64,000 nucleotides of DNA. Source: an uncultured Gammaproteobacteria bacterium (lineage in GTDB: Bacteria; Patescibacteriota; Microgenomatia; UBA12405; JAHJSD01). Of this stretch, positions 49,629 to 58,849 are shown piece after piece; position 1 is the first letter of the stretch; every line of letters begins with the position of its first letter. Location: assembly GCA_964428655.1 (NCBI GenBank), contig CAYRYE010000001.1, positions 218,258 through 282,257 of the forward strand, given 5' to 3'. Below the pieces are notes generated by a model. That model was not told the origin of the DNA. It saw only the letters and a program-made list of their open reading frames with translations, and did no database searches. The position numbers and the translations under genes were made by a program.

Positions 49629-50824
49629 TGAATTTAAAAACAAAATTAATTATCTCTGGGTTAGGTATTTATTTACTAGTCACGGGTCTATCATTTGCTG
49701 TTTTTTCTGTTTCTCACAAGGACTCTTCGTTAGTTTCGCCATTAGCTGAAAGAGAGACAGCCCAGGAGGAAATGAGAGTTTTTACTGGACCAAAAGACCA
49801 AGAATGCCCAATTAATGGAGCGATGTATACCAAGGGACAAAAGGATGTCTGGGAGAAGCGAAGACCATTAACGGCCATGATTGAGAATCATGAGGATTCA
49901 AGACCTCAATCAGGCTTAACAAAGGCTGATGTGATTTATGAAGCAGTAGCCGAGGGGGGAATTACCAGGTTTATGGGCGTTTATTATTGCCAGGCCGCGG
50001 AGCCATATTCTATGAAATATGATTTAGGGCCGGTTCGTTCAGCAAGAAGCTACTTTTTAGATCTAGCTTCAGAGTATGGAGATTATCCCCTATATCTTCA
50101 TGTTGGCGGAGCTCACTGCAGCGCTGAAGGTGACCGTTGTACTACTGACCCAAGGGCTCAAGCTTTGGAGCAGATTCAAGAATATGGCTGGCAGAACAAG
50201 GATCACTGGAGTGATATGAATCAATTCTCGTTGTCTTATCGTCACTGTCGTCGAGAACCCGAGAGAACCGGTGAAAGTCGGGTCACAGAGCATACTATGT
50301 ATTGTGACACTGATGCCTTATGGCAGGAAGCAGATAAACGAGGCCTAGGAGATAGTGGTTGGGATGAAAATTTCCAACTTTGGGAATTTAAAGATGAAGA
50401 AAAAGCAGACAGCAGGGGAGATATTGCTAATATTGAGTTTAATTTTTGGGAGGGCTATGGCAGTTATAAGGTAACCTGGCAGTATGATACTGAAAATAAT
50501 CAATATCTAAGGTATAACGGTGGTGAACTGCAAAAGGATTTTGTCGCTGATCAGGATTTAACAGCCAAAGTAGTGGTGGTTCAATTTGTTAAGGAAATAG
50601 GGCCAGTTGATAAACACAAACATATGCTCTATGAGGTAGTTGGCAAAGGGGAAGCCTTGATATTTCAAGACGGCGAGGTTGTTCAGGGTAGGTGGAATAA
50701 GGGGTTAAGGCAATCTAGGACGGTTTTCACTGATTTAAGAGGCAAGGAGATTGAGTTGAATCGTGGCTTAATCTGGATTGAAATTCTGCCTGCTGGTAAT
50801 AGAGTTAATTATGAATCCACTTAG
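49628..50824 (+). CDS. DUF3048-like (YerB-type) exported protein
   Basis: Signal-anchor; ENHEDSRPQSGL...EGGITRF motif region. Confidence 0.5.
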   Translation: MNLKTKLIISGLGIYLLVTGLSFAVFSVSHKDSSLVSPLAERETAQEEMRVFTGPKDQECPINGAMYTKGQKDVWEKRRPLTAMIENHEDSRPQSGLTKADVIYEAVAEGGITRFMGVYYCQAAEPYSMKYDLGPVRSARSYFLDLASEYGDYPLYLHVGGAHCSAEGDRCTTDPRAQALEQIQEYGWQNKDHWSDMNQFSLSYRHCRREPERTGESRVTEHTMYCDTDALWQEADKRGLGDSGWDENFQLWEFKDEEKADSRGDIANIEFNFWEGYGSYKVTWQYDTENNQYLRYNGGELQKDFVADQDLTAKVVVVQFVKEIGPVDKHKHMLYEVVGKGEALIFQDGEVVQGRWNKGLRQSRTVFTDLRGKEIELNRGLIWIEILPAGNRVNYEST

Positions 50825-51404
50825 TTCGCTAAAAGGGATCATTGTTTCCGACTCAAGAATTAAGCTTCTTCAAGTTTTGTTCTATCGGCCTGGTGAAATG
50901 TATTATGTTCGTCAGCTGACCAGGTTGACCAAGAGTAAATTAAATTCTGTTCGCCGGGAGCTGGAGAATTTAAAGCAGGCTGGTATTCTTGGAAGCGAGT
51001 GGCGAGCCAATAAGCTCTTTTACTGGGTTAACAAGAAGCATTGTTTTTTTCAAGAAATACTATCTTTGGTATTGAAAACTAAAGGACTAGGTAAGGAACT
51101 AGTTAAAAATAGACAGAAATTAGGTAAAATAAAATTTATTGTCTTCTCGGGTGGTTTTGCTCGGAATTTGATTCCTCAAGAAAAAGAGATTGACATTTTG
51201 ATTATTGGCAAAGTGGTTCTTCCTGAATTAAGCGCTTTAATTAAGGCTGAGGAAAAATTGCGGGGAAGAGAGATTAATTACACTGTGATGGATGAAAAAG
51301 AGTTTAGTTTTAGAAAAAAGAACAGGGATCCATTTTTAACCAAAGTTCTGCTACAGGGAAGACTAATGATTATTGGTGACGAACAAGAGATGGTGGAATA
51401 TTAG
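50811..51404 (+). CDS. Putative winged-HTH transcriptional regulator
   Basis: N-terminal ArsR-like wHTH (RIKLLQVL...YVRQLTRL); overlaps the upstream gene by 14 nt. Confidence 0.45.
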   Translation: MNPLSSLKGIIVSDSRIKLLQVLFYRPGEMYYVRQLTRLTKSKLNSVRRELENLKQAGILGSEWRANKLFYWVNKKHCFFQEILSLVLKTKGLGKELVKNRQKLGKIKFIVFSGGFARNLIPQEKEIDILIIGKVVLPELSALIKAEEKLRGREINYTVMDEKEFSFRKKNRDPFLTKVLLQGRLMIIGDEQEMVEY

Positions 51405-51406
51405 AG

Positions 51407-52738
51407 ATGCAGAAGCGGAGATTTCTACTTTGGCTGATTCTTCTGGTTACTGTTAGCTCAATAATTGTTGATTTGCCCTCCAGTTATCGTTTAAAAGTCA
51501 AAATTGGTTCTCGGCAGATTGATACCACCATTTCCCGACCATTTAGTTTTCTAAAGCGATTCAAAATTGTTAAGGGATTAGATTTGGCGGGCGGCGTCCA
51601 CTTGATGTTTAGGGTAAAAATGGATGATCTTCCCCAAAATGACTACCAAAAAGCTCTTTCTTCTCTAAAAGTGAATATTGAAAGGCGAGTTAATTTTTTT
51701 GGAGTTAGTGAGGCAGTAATTCAGACTTCTCGAGTTGGCAATGATTATCGTTTGGTTGTTGAGCTTCCTGGAGTAATCAATGTCGATGAGGCGGTTAATC
51801 TGGTTGGCAGAACAGCTGAATTAAAGTTTAAGGAAACTGTTGAGATACCGCCTGAAGCGACGGTATCGGCAACAGTCTATGATCTTTTTTCCGGGGAAAC
51901 TGGTTTATCCGGCAGACATTTAATCAGAAGTCAGGTTAATTTTAATTCCAATACTGGCAAGCCGGAAGTTAGCTTGGAGTTTAATGAGGAAGGAAGAAAG
52001 CTCTTTTCAGAAATTACCAAAAAGAATATTGATGAACCCTTGGCTATATTCTTGGATGATATTTTGGTTAGCGCGCCTCGGGTGAAAGAACCAATTAGTG
52101 ACGGCAAGGCAGCTATTAGTGGTGAGTTTGATGTTAAACAGGCCAAAGCTATGGTTTCCCAGCTTAATGCGGGAGCATTGCCGGCCCCGATTGAACTAAT
52201 TGAAAGGCGTCAAATTGGTCCTACTTTAGGTGAGCAATCTATTAGAAAAACTCTAAAAGCTGGCTCCATAGGGTTAGGGGCTGTTGTTTTATTCATGGCT
52301 GTCTATTATCGCTGGCTGGGGATTTTGGCGGATATTGGGCTGATTATTTATGCCTTGATTACTTTGGCTCTTTATAAACTAATTCCAGTCACTCTAACTT
52401 TACCGGGTCTGACCGGATTTTTACTTTCAGTAGGAATGGCGGTGGACAGCAATATCTTGATTTTTGAAAGAATGAAAGAGGAATTAAGAGATGGCAAGCC
52501 TTGGAATGTGGCTATGGAATTAGGTTTTGGAAGAGCTTGGGATTCAATTCGCGATGCCAATATTTGCACCCTGATAATTTGTTTTTTGCTTTTTAATCCT
52601 TTTGATTGGAGTTTTTTAAACACGTCAGGGATGGTTAAAGGTTTTGCTCTAACTTTATCTTTGGGAATATTTATTAGTTTATTTACAGGGATTGTGGTTA
52701 CCAGAACTTTGCTGCGTGTTTTTGCCAGAAAGAAATAA
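51407..52738 (+). CDS. secD: Protein translocase subunit SecD
   Basis: N-terminal TM, periplasmic domain, C-terminal six-TM RND-like block. Confidence 0.9.
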   Translation: MQKRRFLLWLILLVTVSSIIVDLPSSYRLKVKIGSRQIDTTISRPFSFLKRFKIVKGLDLAGGVHLMFRVKMDDLPQNDYQKALSSLKVNIERRVNFFGVSEAVIQTSRVGNDYRLVVELPGVINVDEAVNLVGRTAELKFKETVEIPPEATVSATVYDLFSGETGLSGRHLIRSQVNFNSNTGKPEVSLEFNEEGRKLFSEITKKNIDEPLAIFLDDILVSAPRVKEPISDGKAAISGEFDVKQAKAMVSQLNAGALPAPIELIERRQIGPTLGEQSIRKTLKAGSIGLGAVVLFMAVYYRWLGILADIGLIIYALITLALYKLIPVTLTLPGLTGFLLSVGMAVDSNILIFERMKEELRDGKPWNVAMELGFGRAWDSIRDANICTLIICFLLFNPFDWSFLNTSGMVKGFALTLSLGIFISLFTGIVVTRTLLRVFARKK

Positions 52739-53610
52739 TGAAAGTTAAATGGATAAAGTTTAGCTGGTTGTATTTTTTGATTTCAGCTATTGTTTTACTG
52801 CCGGGGATTTACTCTTTATTTAAATGGGGAGTGAAACCCGCAATCGACTTTACCGGCGGCACTTTATTAGAGCTCAAAGGAGAGGGATTAAATAATGATT
52901 TGATTAGTAGGTTAGCTGGAAAAATGGAGCTTAATTTAGAAAGCCAGCGGGGAAGCGAAGCCAATAGTCATCTTCTCAGATTTTCTCAGCTTGGAGAAGA
53001 TAAGAAGAATGAGCTGATAACAGCCCTGGAGAAAGAAGTAGAAAATATTGAAATAATCCGGTGGGAAACTTTAGGGCCTGCTCTGGGAAGGGAGCTTTTA
53101 ATTAAAACTGGAGTGGGAATAATTTTGGCAGTTTTGGCGATTCTGGTTTATATCAATTTTCAGTTTAAGGATAAATGTTTTGGCATTTGCGCTATTTTGG
53201 CCATGCTCCATGACAGTTTAATTCTTTTAGGGGGTTTTAGTTTATTAGGTCATTTTTTAGACGTTCAAATAGATGGCCTTTTTGTTACTGCCATTTTAAC
53301 CACTCTTTCAACTTCAGTTCACGATACTGTGGTTGTTTTTGACAGGCTTAGGGAATTAAGTAAAATTTATCCAAAGCTTGGGATATCAGAGATTGCCAAC
53401 CAAGCAATTAGTCAAACCCTAACCAGATCAATTAATAATTCTTTAACAATTATTTTTATGCTGGTAGCTTTGGTTTGGCTGGGAGGGGAAACAACCCGCT
53501 GGTTTGCCGCCGCTTTATTAATAGGAACTACCGCCGGCACTTATTCATCCACTTTTATCGCCGTGCCTTTACTTGTAGTTTGGAAGAAAATATTTACAGG
53601 AAAGGAATAA
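52738..53610 (+). CDS. secF: Protein translocase subunit SecF
   Basis: Follows secD; SecF architecture. Confidence 0.9.
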   Translation: MKVKWIKFSWLYFLISAIVLLPGIYSLFKWGVKPAIDFTGGTLLELKGEGLNNDLISRLAGKMELNLESQRGSEANSHLLRFSQLGEDKKNELITALEKEVENIEIIRWETLGPALGRELLIKTGVGIILAVLAILVYINFQFKDKCFGICAILAMLHDSLILLGGFSLLGHFLDVQIDGLFVTAILTTLSTSVHDTVVVFDRLRELSKIYPKLGISEIANQAISQTLTRSINNSLTIIFMLVALVWLGGETTRWFAAALLIGTTAGTYSSTFIAVPLLVVWKKIFTGKE

Positions 53611-53689
53611 CTTGCGGGATGTTCCACCTGAGAGATGGAACAGCAACTTTTGTAGTTGGCTTATAACGGTGGTATAATTAAAGTTATGA

Positions 53690-54000
53690 GTGAACAAAAG
53701 CAAAGGAGAAGTTTAAAGAGGAGATTCGTAGATTGTGAAGAACGCTTTCGGGATGGTGTAAGACTACAAGGCCGCATGGTTCACAATAGACAAATGGCAG
53801 AAGGGGCTCTTTGCCTGCTTAGGTATTCAGATCTAAAGCCCGGAGAGAGAAAAAGGTTAAAAAGAACAGCAGAGTCTTATTCTCTTAGGTTTGAGACCAC
53901 TAGATGCAGACTTTCTATGAGTTCGCCAGCTACAAGGCTTGGTTCTAGGGTTGCAGCTGTTCGTGGACTTTTTCCTTTAAAAAGATAGGCCTATTTTGTA
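53690..54000 (+). ncRNA. Candidate structured ncRNA downstream of an extended -10 (TGGTATAAT at about 53676-53684); identity unresolved
   Basis: GC-enriched; the long ORF is Arg-rich and its ATG would lie upstream of the predicted transcription start. Confidence 0.3.
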
Positions 54001-54046
54001 AACTCCAAAAGATAGAAAATCCTAACATTTTTCAAGCGAATTTTGG

Positions 54047-54271
54047 TTAATTTTTTAGTTTGTCTGCCGGACATTTTGTTCTGCCAATTACAGTTGCTCC
54101 ACCTGGTGCAAGGGGGTTAAAAACAATTCGGGTAGTAATTTTATTGGTTGGATTTGACTTTGAAGGTTCTTGGACACAAGTGACTTCCACTCCCATTCTG
54201 CCCCTAAAACGCGAACATGTTCTGCAAGCAACACCTGGAGGCATAAGATTCCTTCCTTTGTATTCTGTCAT
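54047..54271 (-). CDS. Possible small Cys-containing protein (74 aa); mutually overlapping with a plus-strand 77-aa ORF; doubtful
   Basis: ORF only; no SD. Confidence 0.2.
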   Translation of the reverse strand: MTEYKGRNLMPPGVACRTCSRFRGRMGVEVTCVQEPSKSNPTNKITTRIVFNPLAPGGATVIGRTKCPADKLKN

Positions 54272-54401
54272 ATTAGAGCCTATTTTACTTTAGTGATAAA
54301 ACTGTTTCAATCTAGTGATCTGTTTTTCCCGGCTGGCCAGATTTCTTTGCCCACTTTAAATATTTTTGCGTTTAGGATAATCCTCTAATATAATATGCGC
54401 A

Positions 54402-55205
54402 ATGCTTTCACAAGTTGAAGCATATGTAGAATATGCGCATAAACCAGAAAATGCATGGGAATTAGTAGAGCGGCCGATATTGGACTATGTTTTTGAGAGA
54501 TTTTATTGCGCTAGATTCAATAGTTATCGAAAACAAGATACAGTACCAACCACTTTTGGCTTTCCGATTGCCAAAGATTTTCAGGTTTTGGATTTGGGAA
54601 CTGGGACAGGTAGGGTTCCGGGGCGTCTAATTGACTACGGCGTTCCAGCAGATAATATTGTTGGGATCGACAGGAATCAAGATCTATTAGGAGTCGAATT
54701 CTTTCCTGATGGCGCGAGAAAGGTAGCTGGTGATGTCAGAGAACTTGATCGGCTATTAGGCGCTGACGAGTCTTTTGATTTTATTACTGCAAACATGCTG
54801 TTTCATCTTTTAAGTTATCCTGATTATGTGGGGTGTTTAAGACAAGTCCGTAATCATACCAAAAGGTTTAGAACAAGGGTGTTAATTATTGTGCCCCATC
54901 CATTAAGGAGAGGAATATATACTACTGGCGAATACCACGCCCATTCAGCTTTAACAGAGAGAGCACCCTGGGGAGAGGAAATACAAGTTCAACAAAAGAC
55001 GATTCAGGATTATGAAAGAGGATTATTTGAGGCGGGTTTTGACACTTTCTACATTGCTACATATGGAGTTGGTTTGGATAATGTAGATAGTACTTTTTTA
55101 ATAAGAGACCAAGCGTCTTGGAGAAAAATTGGAAGAAGGAAAAGTGTTGGTAAGAAAAGACCATCGCATCTTCGCTTGTGGCTTTTTGCTCATCCAAGGG
55201 GATAA
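54402..55205 (+). CDS. Class I SAM-dependent methyltransferase
   Basis: Motif I VLDLGTGTGR; GC content visibly higher than the neighbours. Confidence 0.65.
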   Translation: MLSQVEAYVEYAHKPENAWELVERPILDYVFERFYCARFNSYRKQDTVPTTFGFPIAKDFQVLDLGTGTGRVPGRLIDYGVPADNIVGIDRNQDLLGVEFFPDGARKVAGDVRELDRLLGADESFDFITANMLFHLLSYPDYVGCLRQVRNHTKRFRTRVLIIVPHPLRRGIYTTGEYHAHSALTERAPWGEEIQVQQKTIQDYERGLFEAGFDTFYIATYGVGLDNVDSTFLIRDQASWRKIGRRKSVGKKRPSHLRLWLFAHPRG

Positions 55206-55243
55206 ACAGCTCAAAAAAAACTCTATAAATAAAGCTTTTTACA

Positions 55244-55792
55244 TCAATCTGTAATTTTAAATGTTGCTATTATTTGATCAACTTCTTCTTCGCGGTTCAT
55301 GTTTAACAAAGTAATATACTTGTCCGCAACTTTTTTAATTGTTAGATTATCCATTTGAGTTTTATATCTACTCTCGTAGTCTGAAAAAGTATCCCAGACT
55401 TCTATGGGTAGATCGTAAGATTGCCCGCCTTTATATAAAAGAACAACTGCGTCGGGCCAGCCATAGAGATTTTTTTTGTCATCCAGAGCTTGGTAGTTTT
55501 CCGGATATGAAATTTCAAAACCATATTGCTCGTTTTTATAAGTGGTCCAACCCTGTTTAACTGAAGGAGTTGCAGTGGGTATAGGTGTATTTGTTGCTAC
55601 TGGTATTGTTAATGTCGGTAATGTTGTTGGGGTTTGTGTTGATACTGGCGTTGGTTCTGTAAAAGGTTTAGGTTCTTTCTTTTTACCTTGTTGTGTTCCT
55701 AGATAATAAGCCAGTCCAATACCTGAAATGGCTAAAATAGTTATTAATATTAGGAAACCAGATTGTTTCTTCATTGTTATAGATTTTAGCAT
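55244..55792 (-). CDS. Exported protein with a Thr/Pro-rich linker
   Basis: Signal-anchor, PT-rich low-complexity linker, globular C-terminus. Confidence 0.55.
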   Translation of the reverse strand: MLKSITMKKQSGFLILITILAISGIGLAYYLGTQQGKKKEPKPFTEPTPVSTQTPTTLPTLTIPVATNTPIPTATPSVKQGWTTYKNEQYGFEISYPENYQALDDKKNLYGWPDAVVLLYKGGQSYDLPIEVWDTFSDYESRYKTQMDNLTIKKVADKYITLLNMNREEEVDQIIATFKITD

Positions 55793-57156
55793 TTTTTAGC
55801 CACTTCGGGAATTCTTTTAAAAAGATATTCTTTTTTATTCTTGTCTTTATCTTCTTCGACTTCGTTAAAAAGAGCCTGTAAGATTTGGCCGACTTTTGGG
55901 CCAGGCTTGATTTTCAGGACTTTCATCACATCACGACCATTAACTTTTAAATCTTTAACAGAAAAAGGCTGTTTTTGGACTTCAATAAGCCGTTTTTTAA
56001 ATAATTCTGTTCGCCAGGAAGTTTTAGGAACACCACTGCCTAAACGATCTCCGGTTCTGATATCGATAATGTCTTGGAGGTTTTCTTTGCCCACCCTTCT
56101 GATAAATCTTCTGATGGCCGCATCAGTTTGTTTTTCGTTGGGAGTAAATTGATGCCATCTGACTAGGCGCCAAAGTTTATCTAGTTGCTTGTTAGAAAGG
56201 CGTAGCCTCTTGCCAATTCTTTTGGCAATGGCCGCTCCGATCACTTCGTGATTATAAAATGTTCGATCCTCACCCTTTCCTTTAGCCGCGGCCGGTTTGC
56301 CTATATCATGAATGAGGGCAGCTAAACGAACCAGAGAATCTTTTGAAGGGCAGTGCTGTAGGGTTTTAATTGAATGTATCCAAACATTATCAACATGGTG
56401 TTTGGCCTGTTCAACACCTCTGCCCTCAATTAGTTCTGGCATTAGGAATTGGAGTAGACCGCTATTGAGAAGCAAAACTATGCCATCGGCAGGGTAATTA
56501 CTGGCTAGAAGTTTAAAAAACTCTTCTCTAATTCTCTCCCAGGCAATTTCCTCGATCAGAGCGGCATTTTTTTGAATTGATTTAAAAGTTTCACTCTCAA
56601 TGGTAAAGGCCAGCTGAGTGGCAATTCGGATAGCCCTTATTAATCTTAAAGCATCTTCTTTAAATCTTTTATTTGGGTTACCCACTGCCCTGATAATCTT
56701 TTTTTTAAGATCTTTCTGGCCATCAAAAGGATCCACCATATTTATCATTTTGCATTTATTGTTTATTATTTTGAATTCTAGAGCGATGGCATTAATGGTA
56801 AAGTCGCGTCGGGAAAGATCTTCCTTGATCGTTTTGCCCCAAGAGATTTTGTCTGGTCGGCGAAAATCAGAGTATTTTTTTTCACTTCGGTAGGTGGTGA
56901 CTTCAAAAATATCATTTTTATTTTTACCCATAACAATGCTGACCGTGCCAAACTTGTTATTGTAAAAGCTATTTTTGGGAAATAAGGATTGGATTTGTTC
57001 AGGAACAGCATTAGTAGCAAAATCCCAGTCGGCTATTGGGTATTGGATTAACCACCCCCTGGCAGATCCGCCAACAACATAAATCTCAAAATTAGCGTTC
57101 TGAAAAGTTTTGATGAGCTTTTTTACTTTATCAGGGAAATTAATGTTTTTATCCAT
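55786..57156 (-). CDS. cca: CCA-adding tRNA nucleotidyltransferase with a C-terminal HD domain
   Basis: Class II NTase head (YVVGGSARG...DWDFAT); HD motif (LIHDIGKP). Confidence 0.85.
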   Translation of the reverse strand: MDKNINFPDKVKKLIKTFQNANFEIYVVGGSARGWLIQYPIADWDFATNAVPEQIQSLFPKNSFYNNKFGTVSIVMGKNKNDIFEVTTYRSEKKYSDFRRPDKISWGKTIKEDLSRRDFTINAIALEFKIINNKCKMINMVDPFDGQKDLKKKIIRAVGNPNKRFKEDALRLIRAIRIATQLAFTIESETFKSIQKNAALIEEIAWERIREEFFKLLASNYPADGIVLLLNSGLLQFLMPELIEGRGVEQAKHHVDNVWIHSIKTLQHCPSKDSLVRLAALIHDIGKPAAAKGKGEDRTFYNHEVIGAAIAKRIGKRLRLSNKQLDKLWRLVRWHQFTPNEKQTDAAIRRFIRRVGKENLQDIIDIRTGDRLGSGVPKTSWRTELFKKRLIEVQKQPFSVKDLKVNGRDVMKVLKIKPGPKVGQILQALFNEVEEDKDKNKKEYLFKRIPEVAKKC

Positions 57157-57176
57157 GTATAATCATCATTATAGCA

Positions 57177-58841
57177 ATGATTCAAAAAAAGTGGCAGCTT
57201 CTTCAGCAGGGAAAGATGGATAAGGGAGTGGGCGATGAAAAGATCATTTTGAAACTTCTAAAAAATAGGAATATTGGTTCTCGAAAAAAAGATGAGTTTC
57301 TTAATCCTATTTCTCCTTTTAAACTTGAGCCAAAGTCAGTGGGAATCAGGAAATCATCTTTAGAAAAAGCGGTAAATATAATCAAAAAAATAGGCAAGAA
57401 GAAAAAGATTATTGTTTATGGCGATTACGATGTTGATGGTTTTTCGGCTTCAGCAATCATTTGGGAAACACTCTGGAAAAAAGGCTTTAATGTTTTACCC
57501 TTTATTCCCAATCGAGAAAGAGACGGTTATGGATTAAAAGAAGAAGTTGTTAAAAGATTAAAACAAGAAAATCCCGATTTGGGTTTAATTATTACTGTAG
57601 ATAACGGCATAGTCGCGTTTGACGCGATTAATCTTGCCAGATCTTTAGGAATAAAAACCATTATTACCGATCATCATCTTGTTTCCGAGAAAGAACCTTT
57701 GGCTGATGCAATTGTCCACAGTACTAAAATAGCCGGCAGCGGCGTGGCTTGGTTTTTAGCTCGTCAATTTGGCTATCGCTCTTTGGATTTGGTTACTCTT
57801 GGCACCATTGCCGATATGTTGCCCTTAACTGAAGTTAATCGAAGTTTTGTTAAACATGGTTTGAAAAGATTGGCTCAGACGGAAAGAATCGGTTTACAGC
57901 TTCTGAAAAAAGAAACGGGAATTAGCGAAGGTGAATTATTACCCTGGCAAATATCTTTTGTTTTGGCTCCTCGTTTAAATGCTGTTGGGCGGTTGGCCGA
58001 TGCCACGGATAGCTTAAGATTGTTGTGCACTAATAGCGTTTCTAAGGCGAGAATGCTGGTTGGCAAGATGGAAAAGACGAATAGACGGCGGCAAAAATTG
58101 ACTATAGATGGTGCGGCCCATGCTAAAGAGAAAATTGGAAGCAAGCCTGGAAAAATTGTTTTTGCCATTGATAAGTCATATCATCAGGGAGTTATTGGTC
58201 TAGTTGCCTTCAAGTTAGTTGAGGAATTTTGTCGTCCCTCAATTGTTATCTGGAAAGGTAAAACTATTAGTAAGGGATCGGCCAGGTCGGTAGGCAGCTG
58301 CAATATTATTGAATTAATCAAAAAAGGAGAGAAATTTTTAATTGATGTTGGTGGTCATCCAATGGCAGCTGGGTTTACCATTGAAACCAAGAAAATTAAT
58401 GATTTTGTCGAAAAAGTCAGCAAAAGTGCTGAGAGAGAAATTAAAATGAGAGACTTAATTTCTCAGTTAAAGATTGATTTTGAAATGGATTTTTCTTTAA
58501 TCAATAAAAACTTCTATTCTTTATTGCAAAAGCTGGCCCCTTTTGGTATTGGTAATCCCGAGCCGACTTTTTTGATTAAAAATGCCAGGGTGGTTGGTCT
58601 TAAAGTAATGGGGGGCAGTCAACAGCATTTAAAGCTTCAGCTTGATGATCCTCAAACACCAGAAATAGAAAGAATTATAGCAGAGGCAGTTGGTTTTGGC
58701 TGGGGTGAGTGGCAGGATAGGCTTTTTCCCGGCGATTTAGTTGATCTGGTTTTTAATTTGAATTTAAATAAGTGGAATGGGAGAGAAACGCTCCAGCTTA
58801 AGATTAAAGATTTGAGGAAAACGGGAGAGGTGATAAAATAG
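57177..58841 (+). CDS. recJ: Single-stranded-DNA-specific exonuclease RecJ
   Basis: DHH motifs (GDYDVDG, ITDHH) plus DHHA1 (GGHPMAAG). Confidence 0.88.
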   Translation: MIQKKWQLLQQGKMDKGVGDEKIILKLLKNRNIGSRKKDEFLNPISPFKLEPKSVGIRKSSLEKAVNIIKKIGKKKKIIVYGDYDVDGFSASAIIWETLWKKGFNVLPFIPNRERDGYGLKEEVVKRLKQENPDLGLIITVDNGIVAFDAINLARSLGIKTIITDHHLVSEKEPLADAIVHSTKIAGSGVAWFLARQFGYRSLDLVTLGTIADMLPLTEVNRSFVKHGLKRLAQTERIGLQLLKKETGISEGELLPWQISFVLAPRLNAVGRLADATDSLRLLCTNSVSKARMLVGKMEKTNRRRQKLTIDGAAHAKEKIGSKPGKIVFAIDKSYHQGVIGLVAFKLVEEFCRPSIVIWKGKTISKGSARSVGSCNIIELIKKGEKFLIDVGGHPMAAGFTIETKKINDFVEKVSKSAEREIKMRDLISQLKIDFEMDFSLINKNFYSLLQKLAPFGIGNPEPTFLIKNARVVGLKVMGGSQQHLKLQLDDPQTPEIERIIAEAVGFGWGEWQDRLFPGDLVDLVFNLNLNKWNGRETLQLKIKDLRKTGEVIK

Positions 58842-58849
58842 GATTAAAA

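Noticed and set aside
53656-53988. 110-aa ORF after secF as a protein
   Set aside because: The extended -10 lies inside the ORF's 5' end, so the initiator codon would not be transcribed from it. Arg-rich composition; no SD.
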